Of a DNA stretch of 64,000 nt, positions 1 to 7,947 are shown one piece after another; positions within the stretch are counted from its first letter, which is position 1; each line of letters begins with the position of its first letter. The position numbers were made by a program, and so were the translations under genes. This stretch comes from Gemmatimonadota bacterium (GTDB lineage Bacteria; Gemmatimonadota; Gemmatimonadetes; Gemmatimonadales; GWC2-71-9). The stretch lies in contig JBDTNH010000003.1 of assembly GCA_039933845.1 (NCBI GenBank), forward strand, positions 2,888-66,887. Direction: 5' to 3'. The notes below the pieces were generated by a model, which ran no database searches, was not told where the DNA came from, and was given only the letters and a program-made list of their open reading frames with translations.

Positions 1-62
1 TGTCCGTGAGGGCGGGTACGCGGGCCGCGTGGAGATTGGACGGGATTTGGGAAGGTGGTAGG

Positions 63-122
63 AACGAGAAACGAGAGGCGAGAAGCGAGAAGCGAGAAAC
101 GAGAGGCGAGAAGCGAGAAGCG
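63..122 (+). repeat. GAGAAGC/GAGAAAC heptamer tandem array
   Basis: About 8 units: aacgagaaacgagaggcgagaagcgagaagcgagaaacgagaggcgagaagcgagaagcg. Confidence 0.95.
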
Positions 123-228
123 TCATCCCGAGCATAGGCGGCCATGCCGCCGAAGTCGAGGGATCTGCACTTGATGCGCGGAGGTGCAGATCCCTCCACG
201 CGCGCCTTCGGCGCTTGGTCGGGATGAC
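122..228. repeat. Palindromic REP-like element, family A (cruciform)
   Basis: GTCATCCCGA(122-131)/TCGGGATGAC(219-228); GAGGGATCTGCAC(158-170)/GTGCAGATCCCTC(184-196); two side hairpins; half copy at 6841-6886. Confidence 0.9.
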
Positions 229-244
229 TCCCGTCGTTCACGAA

Positions 245-293
245 TCTCGCGTCTCGCGTCTCGCGTCTCGCTTCTCGCTTCTCGTGTCTCGCC
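245..293 (-). repeat. Heptamer tandem array
   Basis: TCTCGCG/TCTCGCT units directly after the stop of the minus-strand MscS gene. Confidence 0.9.
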
Positions 294-1169
294 CTACGGC
301 TGATAAAACCGCGTCGTCGGATACGCCAACTCGATCCGGTCATTCGCCGCGAACGCCAGCAACAGCTCCTCCCAGATCTTCTCCGCACTTGAGCGCCGCT
401 GATCGGGTCGGCAGCGGTAGCGCATCGTCAAGACCACGCCACTGTCTGCCACGCTCGTGATCACGCCTGGATCCCCTTCGAGCCACACGGCGACATGGTG
501 GCCGCCCCCGGGTGGGGGCGGGCGCATCGTCTTGTCGCGTGCCTGCAGCGTCTCACGCTTGATGATCTCCTGCAGCAACTGCTTCGCCAGCTGCCAGTCG
601 CTCTCGAACGTCACGGTCGTCGCGAGTTCGTTCCAGAGCAGCCCTGAGGCCGTGGAGTAGTTGGCCTGCGCCTTCGTGAATACCAGCCCGTTCGGGAGAT
701 GGATCACCCGGCCCGTGTGCTGATCCGCGTTGACCCAGTTGCCGATCTCGAGAATCGTGAACTGGAACAGTCGGACATCGGTCACGTCGCCGAGGTACTG
801 CTCGATCTGGATGCGGTCGCCGATCCGGAATGGGCGGCGCCAGAGAATGAAGAGCCAGCCGGCGAGGTTGGTGAGTGGCTGATTGAGTGCAATCGCGAGC
901 CCGGCTGTGACAATGCCGAAGAAGGCGCCGACCTGTGCGAGGCCGTCAGACCAGGCGCGTGCCGTGAGCAGCAGGCCGGTGACCACCAGGATGTAGGTGA
1001 TCACCTTCCGGATCCGGAATCGGATATTGGCGTCGTCCACTTGGGGCACCGCGAACCGGAAGAGCACCCAGCGGACGAACATCAACCCCAGGACCACCGC
1101 GATCGTCTCGGCGACGCGACCGCGCAGCACGGGGTCGAGACTGCTGATCCGTTCCCAGAGGTCGGTCAC
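294..1169 (-). CDS. Mechanosensitive ion channel, MscS family
   Basis: TM helices followed by RPFRIGDRIQI...GDVTDVRLFQFTI...HLPN; IELAYPT C-terminus. Confidence 0.9.
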   Translation of the reverse strand: MTDLWERISSLDPVLRGRVAETIAVVLGLMFVRWVLFRFAVPQVDDANIRFRIRKVITYILVVTGLLLTARAWSDGLAQVGAFFGIVTAGLAIALNQPLTNLAGWLFILWRRPFRIGDRIQIEQYLGDVTDVRLFQFTILEIGNWVNADQHTGRVIHLPNGLVFTKAQANYSTASGLLWNELATTVTFESDWQLAKQLLQEIIKRETLQARDKTMRPPPPGGGHHVAVWLEGDPGVITSVADSGVVLTMRYRCRPDQRRSSAEKIWEELLLAFAANDRIELAYPTTRFYQP

Positions 1170-2782
1170 GCCTTCATCTCCGGGATCGTGCTGGCGTCAC
1201 CCTGCCGAATCGCCACGTAGGCCGGCGAGGTGATCTCCACCCCGCCCGCGGCGAAGTGATCCTGCACCGCCGCGTGCAGCGTGGAGAGCGTGAACCGCAT
1301 CCGGGAGGCATCGTGGGTGTAGGCGTTGAGCTCGTAGATCGGGTAGGAGTCGTTGAGCCCCGTCTGCAGCACGAAGGGTGCGGGCGTGGTCTCGATGCCC
1401 TCCGTCGTGGTTGCGGCCGCCAGGAGCAACTCGTGCACCCGCCGCCACGGCACGTCGTAGCCGATCGTGATGGTCACCTGAAGTGCTACACCCTGAGTTG
1501 CGGCAAGGGCGGTGTAGTTGTACACGTGACCGCTCATCACCTGACTGTTGGGGATCGACACCTCGATATTGGTGAGGGTCCGGATCTTGGTCACCAGCAG
1601 CGTCCGAACGATCACATCACCGATGACATCACCGATCCGGACCCGATCACCGATCTGAAATGATCGCGTGTACGTGAGCAGCGTCCCGGCGGTGAGGTTG
1701 GCGACGGCACCGGTCGACCCGAGCGAGAAGAGCACACCCATGAAGATCGTCACGCCCTTGAACGCATCGCTCTTGGCACCTGGCAAGTACGGGAACAGCA
1801 CCACCAGTGCGAACGCGAGTACCAGCACGCGTACCAGCTTGTAAGTCGGCTCGGCCCACTCGGGCTCAAACTCCTGGAAGGTGATGGTGTGGCTGCCGAT
1901 TGCGTTGAACACCGCCTTGATCACCTGGAGCACCCAGCGGGTGACCACCACGATCACGGCGATGAAGAAAACGTTCGGCAGGTATCCGGTGATCGCCGAG
2001 CCAACCACGCCGAGCGGTGCCGTGGCGTAGTGGAGGATTTGATTCGAGAGCTCGGCGGTCCACGGGAAGAACGACAGCACCAGCACCAGGTAGAAGTAGC
2101 CGAGCAGCAACCACGCCACGACGCGCACCACGGACAGGATGGCGGCACCAAGATCGGCGATCCGTTCGGCGGAGAGGAGCTCGAGGTTCTGGAACCTGAT
2201 CGACGGCAGCCGCTTCGAGGCACGTAGCAGACCGAGCAGGCGTCTCGCTCGCACCACCAGCTGGCGAATCAGCCAGCCAAGGAAGAACGCCAAGGCGGTG
2301 GCAAGGAGCGTGTAGAGCAAACCGCGGAGGATCTGGTCCCAGCGCCAATGGATCGCACTGGTGGTGTAGGCGACTGCCAGCGCATCGCGGTAGCTGGCGG
2401 CCAGAGTGGCGAGCGGCACACCGACCGAATCGGCATCGCCCTGGAGCACCGACATCAGTGGCCGCCCCCCGAGCATGACCAGCGTGCGTCCCTCGTCTGA
2501 GCGCACCGTGATCGAGTCGCCGGTCCCCTTGAGTTCTGCCTCGAGGCGGGTGATCCGGGCCGCGATCGCGTCCGCACGCTCATGGGGAGTCATCGCGCCG
2601 AGTGGCGCGTAAATGCGGAGCACCGAGTCGCCATCGATCACGACGGGGACACCGGCCGCCGGGAGTGGTGTCGTGTCGCGGACAAACACGGTGTCAGGAA
2701 CGCGCGGGGTCGCCGACCGGCCCTGCGCACCGAGTGGGGCCAGCAGAACGAGGAGTGCGAGGACCAGCGGCCGGAGCATCAT
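1166..2782 (-). CDS. MscS family channel with periplasmic N-terminal domain
   Basis: Signal peptide MMLRPLVLALLVLL; RSFQIGDRVRIG, SIPNSQV, ITIGYDVPW; start placed at ATG 2782. Confidence 0.88.
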   Translation of the reverse strand: MMLRPLVLALLVLLAPLGAQGRSATPRVPDTVFVRDTTPLPAAGVPVVIDGDSVLRIYAPLGAMTPHERADAIAARITRLEAELKGTGDSITVRSDEGRTLVMLGGRPLMSVLQGDADSVGVPLATLAASYRDALAVAYTTSAIHWRWDQILRGLLYTLLATALAFFLGWLIRQLVVRARRLLGLLRASKRLPSIRFQNLELLSAERIADLGAAILSVVRVVAWLLLGYFYLVLVLSFFPWTAELSNQILHYATAPLGVVGSAITGYLPNVFFIAVIVVVTRWVLQVIKAVFNAIGSHTITFQEFEPEWAEPTYKLVRVLVLAFALVVLFPYLPGAKSDAFKGVTIFMGVLFSLGSTGAVANLTAGTLLTYTRSFQIGDRVRIGDVIGDVIVRTLLVTKIRTLTNIEVSIPNSQVMSGHVYNYTALAATQGVALQVTITIGYDVPWRRVHELLLAAATTTEGIETTPAPFVLQTGLNDSYPIYELNAYTHDASRMRFTLSTLHAAVQDHFAAGGVEITSPAYVAIRQGDASTIPEMKA

Positions 2783-2852
2783 GGCTTGAATCTCACCCGG
2801 TGGCCGAGTTCGGCAAGTATCTTCGAGGCATCTGCCACCCGGAGCCAAGCCT

Positions 2853-4103
2853 GTGACGGTGTTCGACCTCATCGCCGCACTGACCACAATCGCCGCTGTC
2901 CTTGCGTGGATCAACTACCGCTTCGTCAAGTTGCCGATGACCATCGGCCTGATGGTGCTCTCGCTGGTCAGCTCGATCCTGATCGTCATCGCCGGCCGTC
3001 TCGGTGTGATGCCGATCGACGGGCTCACCAAGTTCGTGCAGGCGATCAACTTCGACGACACGGTCCTCAACGGCATGCTTGGTGCCCTCCTGTTCGCGGG
3101 CGCACTGCATCTCGACAGCGCCAAGTTGATGAAGTACCGCGGCCTGATCCTGACGCTTGCCACGCTCAGCGTCCTGATGACCACGGCCGTGGTCGGCATC
3201 GGCGGCTGGTATCTCTTCACCGCGCTCGGCCTCACCATTCCGCTCTCGTGGATGCTGGTCTTCGGGGCCCTGATCGCACCCACCGATCCGATCGCGGTCG
3301 GCGCGATCCTCCGGCGCGTCGGTGTACCCAAGGAACTCGAGACCACGATCACCGGCGAGTCGCTCTTCAACGACGGCGTCGGCGTCGTGCTGTTCATCCT
3401 GCTGATCGAACTGCTTGGCGGCGAAGCGATCACCGCCGGCGTGGTCGCCAAACTCATCGCCGTCGAGGTGGTCGGCGGCCTGGCCTACGGCGCAGTCCTG
3501 GGCTATGTCGTCTTCCGGATGCTCCGCGCGGTCGACAACTACTCGGTGGAAATCCTGCTCACGCTTGCCCTGGTCACCGGCGGCTACGCATTTGCGCATG
3601 TGTTCCATGTCTCGGGGCCGCTCGCGATGGTGGTCGCCGGATTGATCATCGGCACACGCGGTCGACAGGACGCGATGTCCGAGACCACGCGGCATCGACT
3701 CGATCAGTTCTGGGAACTGGTCGACGAATTCCTGAATGCCGTCCTGTTCGTGTTGATCGGGCTCGAGGTCGTGATCCTCGACGTGAGCGACAAGGTGCCG
3801 ATCGCGGCGGTGCTCGCGATTCCGCTGGTGCTGGTGGCCCGCTACATCTCCGTGGTGATCCCGGTATCGGTGTTGCCGAGCGGACGGAGCCTGCCGCGTG
3901 GCGCGGCGGCGATTCTCACCTGGAGTGGTCTCCGGGGCGGCATCTCGGTGGCGCTCGCGCTGTCGCTGCCCGCGAGTCTCTACCGTGACAAGCTGATCGC
4001 GATCACCTATGTGATCGTCTGCTTCTCGATCATCGTGCAGGGGCTGACGGTGGGGAAGGTGACGGCGAGGATCTTGGCGAGAAGCGAGAAGCGAGAAGCG
4101 TGA
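2853..4103 (+). CDS. nhaP: Na+/H+ antiporter, CPA1 (NhaP) family
   Basis: APTDPIAV, GESLFNDG and GLRGGISVALA motifs; multi-TM. Confidence 0.92.
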   Translation: MTVFDLIAALTTIAAVLAWINYRFVKLPMTIGLMVLSLVSSILIVIAGRLGVMPIDGLTKFVQAINFDDTVLNGMLGALLFAGALHLDSAKLMKYRGLILTLATLSVLMTTAVVGIGGWYLFTALGLTIPLSWMLVFGALIAPTDPIAVGAILRRVGVPKELETTITGESLFNDGVGVVLFILLIELLGGEAITAGVVAKLIAVEVVGGLAYGAVLGYVVFRMLRAVDNYSVEILLTLALVTGGYAFAHVFHVSGPLAMVVAGLIIGTRGRQDAMSETTRHRLDQFWELVDEFLNAVLFVLIGLEVVILDVSDKVPIAAVLAIPLVLVARYISVVIPVSVLPSGRSLPRGAAAILTWSGLRGGISVALALSLPASLYRDKLIAITYVIVCFSIIVQGLTVGKVTARILARSEKREA

Positions 4104-4116
4104 CGCGAGAAGCGAG
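4078..4116 (+). repeat. Heptamer tandem array overlapping nhaP stop
   Basis: cgagaagcgagaagcgagaagcgtgacgcgagaagcgag. Confidence 0.9.
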
Positions 4117-4152
4117 GCCGAGCCGCGGCTGTCAGGTCGCGGTTTGGTGCGC
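4117..4152 (+). repeat. REP-like hairpin, family B
   Basis: GCCGAGCCGCGGCTGTCAGGTCGCGGTTTGGTGCGC. Confidence 0.8.
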
Positions 4153-4295
4153 CGAACACTGACCTGTCACGCCGAACGTAGTGACGCGAGCGGCATATCG
4201 TAGTGGCGGAGTTGCCGGCGACGCTTCGCACAGCCTCAACGCCCATGCACTAGCTTTCGCACTGTCCCCATCTCCCCACCAAGAGGCACCACACC

Positions 4296-4736
4296 ATGTC
4301 CGATGCCGCTCCGCAGTCCGCCGCCGGGTACACCCGCTGGCGCCCACCGTATCACTTCTTTGTGGGACCGATCCTGTTGCTCTACTTCGGGACCACGGTC
4401 TACCACCTGCGGCACGGGCTCAACTGGGGCAACGTGCTCGCGGTCCTGCTGGCGGCCGCGTTGATCGTATTCTACTTCCAGGCGCGCTTGATGGTGCTCT
4501 CGGTGCAGGACCGGGTGATCCGTCTCGAGGAGCGGCTCCGGTTGGCGCGGTTGCTGCCGGCGAGCATGCACGGCCGAATCGACGAGTTCACGGTCGAGCA
4601 GCTGGTGGGGATGCGGTTCGCGTCTGACGGTGAGTTGCCGGCGCTGGCCGAGCGGGTCCTGAGCGAGGGGATCAACGACCGGAAGAAGATCGTGGCGATG
4701 ATCACGACCTGGCGACCGGACCACCAGCGGGCATGA
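4296..4736 (+). CDS. Small membrane protein, DUF6526-like
   Basis: Two TM segments; VQDRVIRLEERLRL, MRFASDGEL, WRPDHQRA; RBS-like gagg upstream. Confidence 0.75.
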   Translation: MSDAAPQSAAGYTRWRPPYHFFVGPILLLYFGTTVYHLRHGLNWGNVLAVLLAAALIVFYFQARLMVLSVQDRVIRLEERLRLARLLPASMHGRIDEFTVEQLVGMRFASDGELPALAERVLSEGINDRKKIVAMITTWRPDHQRA

Positions 4737-4896
4737 GTCGGGGGCACGGCTTCCTCCCCACCGCGTTCGGTGCATGCGTCGGCGGGAGAGTACCAATGCT
4801 CGGTGCGTGGCCGACGTCGTGGTGGGGTTGCCGGGGGCATCAAGGTCAACGCCATACATGTAAACGCGGTAGCGCACTGAGAAATGCGATCTGCCC

Positions 4897-4925
4897 TTGA
4901 CTCGGCGTCCCCCTCGCCCGATAAT
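4897..4925 (+). promoter_or_regulatory. Sigma70-type promoter
   Basis: TTGACT(4897-4902)-17 nt-GATAAT(4920-4925). Confidence 0.6.
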
Positions 4926-4929
4926 TCTG

Positions 4930-5005
4930 AACAACTCCCCGGGAGCTTTGTTGCCGCCGCGAACACCACTGGCAGGGGAAACCCTTGAAGTGGTGTTCGC
5001 TTTTT
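4930..5005 (+). ncRNA. Candidate small RNA or attenuator leader
   Basis: Follows the promoter; hairpin AACAA-CTCC/GGAG-TTGTT, then terminator GCGAACACCACT/AGTGGTGTTCGC+TTTTT with a GGG-GAAA-CCC apex. Confidence 0.5.
4959..5005 (+). terminator. Rho-independent terminator
   Basis: 12-bp perfect stem followed by a T5 tract. Confidence 0.75.
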
Positions 5006-5021
5006 CCGGGTAGAATCCTGC

Positions 5022-5558
5022 ATGTCCAACCCCACCATCCTCGCCCTCTCAGGAAGTCTCCGCAGCGGGTCGACCAATTCACGACTGATTGACCGCTTCG
5101 CCGAGCTGGCGCCGCCAGGAGTCGTGGTCGACGTGTACCGTGACCTCGAACGCATCCCGCCATTCAATCCCGATCACGAGCAGACGCCGCACGCCGATCG
5201 TGACGCATTCGTGGAACGGGTGCGGCGGGCGGATGCCTTGGTGGTCTCGACCCCCGAGTACGCGCATGGCTTTCCGGGTGTGCTCAAGAACGCGCTCGAT
5301 TGGATCGTCGGGACCGACGCATTCGTGGCGAAGCCGTTCACGCTGCTCCGCGCCACACCGCGTTCGGTGCACGCACCGGCCATGCTCATCGAAGTCCTCA
5401 GCACGATGTCGGGGCTGTACCTCGAGGCGGCCGATGTGACGATCGACCTAGGTCGCGGCTTTGGCGATGCGGATGTGATCCTGGCGAGCGATGCGACCCG
5501 GGAACAGCTGGAGCAGACCATGGGTGTGGTGGCGGCACGGCTGAGGCAGGACGCATGA
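5022..5558 (+). CDS. NADPH-dependent FMN reductase
   Basis: GSLRSGSTN and STPEYAHGFPGVLKNALDW motifs; TAGAAT -10 box 5 nt before ATG. Confidence 0.92.
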   Translation: MSNPTILALSGSLRSGSTNSRLIDRFAELAPPGVVVDVYRDLERIPPFNPDHEQTPHADRDAFVERVRRADALVVSTPEYAHGFPGVLKNALDWIVGTDAFVAKPFTLLRATPRSVHAPAMLIEVLSTMSGLYLEAADVTIDLGRGFGDADVILASDATREQLEQTMGVVAARLRQDA

Positions 5559-5624
5559 CGCATCGCTAGCGCCACCCCACCGCAGGCCGTATTCTCAGGA
5601 GTCTGTTTCCCCCGAGGCCCCACC

Positions 5625-6827
5625 GTGATCCGATGCGCTCTGCTCGCCTGGTTGCTCGCCGCCTGCGCTGACGACGCCGTCCCCGGCTTCACGCGCGAGA
5701 CGGCGCCCGACGGTCGCGGGATCGTGTCGTATGCCGCCGGGTTGCCAATGCACGAGGACACGCTCGTCGCGCTGTTCAGTGTGGGCAAGTACGTCGACGA
5801 CTCCAGTCGCATCTTCAATGATCTGCGCGATCTCGATGTCGGGCCCGACGGTCGGATCTATGCGCTCGACTATGGTGCGTCGAACATCACCGTCTTCGAC
5901 TCGGTCGGCACGCAGCTCGCCGTGCTGGGTCGGCCGGGTGAAGGGCCGGGTGAGTTGTCGCAGGCCAACGGCCTCCGGTTCGGGCCCGATGGCACGCTCT
6001 GGGTCAACGATCACGGCAAGGGGATGATCCTGGCGCTCGACACGGCTGGCCTCGAGCGGAAGCGCTACCTGGGTCTCGTGCCGGGATTCGGCTATCGCTG
6101 GTCGGTGACGATCGACACGGCCGGTGTCTTGTGGGAGTCGTGGAGCCAGCGCATCGCGGGGCCGCCGCCGGACATGTCGAAGAACGGCGTGGTCGAGGGA
6201 TCGAGCTACCGGATGTTCAAGACCTTCGATCCTGCCACCGAGGTGCGGGATTCGGTGGTCCTCGATCGGACGACCGGACGTGGCTATGTCGCCTCGTACG
6301 GTCGCGGTCAGTGGTCGACGGGATTGCCGTTCGCGGGGAGGGCCTATGGCGCGCTCGACCAGCGGCATCGTGTGTGGGTCTCGTCGCCGGATGCATACAC
6401 GCTGGTTCGGATGAATGCGGTGTCGGGTGATACCACGCTTGAGGTGGCTGTCGCGGAGTCTGGAGTGCCGGTCACGGCGGCGGACATCGCCGAGTGGAAG
6501 GAGAGTCTCGCCGACATCGCGAAGGATGTTCCGTCGATCGTGACCGATCTGAAGGCGTACCTGCCTGACTCGATGCCGCCGATCGACGGGTTGTTCGCCG
6601 ATGATCGCGACCGACTCTGGATCGAGCGCACCGTACCAGCCGGCGATCCACTCCGATGGGATCTCTTCACACCCGAGGGCGAATTCCTGACGACGATTCG
6701 CGGTCCAGCTGGCATCTCGGGCGGGTTGGAGCCAGTGGTGCGACGCGGCAGGATCTATCTGGTAGTCAACGGCGACGCGGGTGAACGGTATATCGTGGTG
6801 GCGGAGTTGCCGGGGGTGTTGCGGTGA
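5625..6827 (+). CDS. Beta-propeller (NHL/6-bladed-like) lipoprotein
   Basis: LAAC lipobox; GRPGEGPGEL motif; DGRIYALD-type blades. Confidence 0.75.
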   Translation: MIRCALLAWLLAACADDAVPGFTRETAPDGRGIVSYAAGLPMHEDTLVALFSVGKYVDDSSRIFNDLRDLDVGPDGRIYALDYGASNITVFDSVGTQLAVLGRPGEGPGELSQANGLRFGPDGTLWVNDHGKGMILALDTAGLERKRYLGLVPGFGYRWSVTIDTAGVLWESWSQRIAGPPPDMSKNGVVEGSSYRMFKTFDPATEVRDSVVLDRTTGRGYVASYGRGQWSTGLPFAGRAYGALDQRHRVWVSSPDAYTLVRMNAVSGDTTLEVAVAESGVPVTAADIAEWKESLADIAKDVPSIVTDLKAYLPDSMPPIDGLFADDRDRLWIERTVPAGDPLRWDLFTPEGEFLTTIRGPAGISGGLEPVVRRGRIYLVVNGDAGERYIVVAELPGVLR

Positions 6828-6840
6828 GGGGTACGGCCGC

Positions 6841-6886
6841 AGTCATCCCGACCAAGCACCATAGGTGCGCGTGGAGGGATCTGCAC
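6841..6886. repeat. Half copy of palindromic family A
   Basis: 42/46 identical to the reverse complement of 184-229, with a compensatory change in the side hairpin. Confidence 0.85.
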
Positions 6887-6969
6887 GTTCCGGCACCAAA
6901 ACGCTGAGCCCGTGATGATGCTCCGCCGATCGAGGGGCTTGCCGTCCCCTGTTTCCCTTTGGAGGAATC

Positions 6970-7187
6970 ATGGCACATGAGGTGGAATTCACCGTCCTGC
7001 TCGCCCGCTCGGCCGAGCGGATGTCGAGTTTGCCGTCAACAAGGACGGCGAGCTGCTGGGCACGCTCGCGGTTTCCAACGGCTCGCTGGTCTGGTTCCCG
7101 AGGTCAACGACCAATGGTCACAAGATCGGCTGGGAGCAGTTCGACCAACTGAAGAAGGAGCAGACGACTCGGATCGAGCGGCGGTGA
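6970..7187 (+). pseudogene. Frameshifted small hypothetical protein (~72 aa)
   Basis: GGAGGA RBS + ATG; adding one base near 6996 gives MAHEVEFTVPARPLGRADVEFAVNKDGELLGTLAVSNGSLVWFPRS...IERR*. Confidence 0.65.
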
Positions 7188-7196
7188 GCATGCTGG

Positions 7197-7928
7197 TTGA
7201 AGCATCGGAAGAAGTCCGTGTGCCGAGGAAGTAAATCCTGCACCGAGCTCGCCTCGCCCAATCTGTGGAGCACGGAGGCGCCGCTTCCGCCGCCAAGGCG
7301 GATACGTCAAGCATTCCCGATTCTTGAGGGTGCCATGTTGGCGGCGGCGGAGGGCGACATCTCGGAGACTATTCGACTGCTCGCGGGCTTCCCGGGCACT
7401 GAAGTGCAGACCTGGTGCATCGAGCACGGGCAGACGTCGGGGAGATTGCGCCACCGACTGCTCGGCCGTCGGGTTGCACCACAGGCGTCGCCGGCATTGG
7501 GGCCGCGCAATCCGACGGCAGCACTCGCTCGCGAGGTGTATCGCAGGGACAGCTATCACTGTCGGTTCTGCGCGCTTCCCGTGATACCGCCGCCGGTACT
7601 CAAGCGCTTTGGGAGACTCATGGGGGAAGCGGTGTTTCCGGTTGGCCGCACCAACCTTGAGCGGCACGGCGCGGCGCTCGTGTTCCGGGGTGCGATCGAC
7701 CACGTGGTGCCCTGGAGTCTCGGCGGAGCCACAGCGTCGGAGAACCTTGTCACCGCGTGCTGGGCGTGCAACTACGGGAAGTCGCGGTACACGCTCGATC
7801 AGATCGGGCTAACCGATCCGCGGTTGCGGCCGGCTGTGGAGAGTGATTGGGATGGGGGTGACGGGCTGCGGGTCCGCTCTCGTCGAATATCCGGACCGGC
7901 TCGAACTGGGGCGAAGCGGTCGGAGTGA
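7197..7928 (+). CDS. HNH endonuclease
   Basis: RRDSYHCRFC...DHVVPWSLGG...NLVTACWACNYGK; start uncertain. Confidence 0.82.
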   Translation: MKHRKKSVCRGSKSCTELASPNLWSTEAPLPPPRRIRQAFPILEGAMLAAAEGDISETIRLLAGFPGTEVQTWCIEHGQTSGRLRHRLLGRRVAPQASPALGPRNPTAALAREVYRRDSYHCRFCALPVIPPPVLKRFGRLMGEAVFPVGRTNLERHGAALVFRGAIDHVVPWSLGGATASENLVTACWACNYGKSRYTLDQIGLTDPRLRPAVESDWDGGDGLRVRSRRISGPARTGAKRSE

Positions 7929-7947
7929 AATCGATGATCGGATAGCT

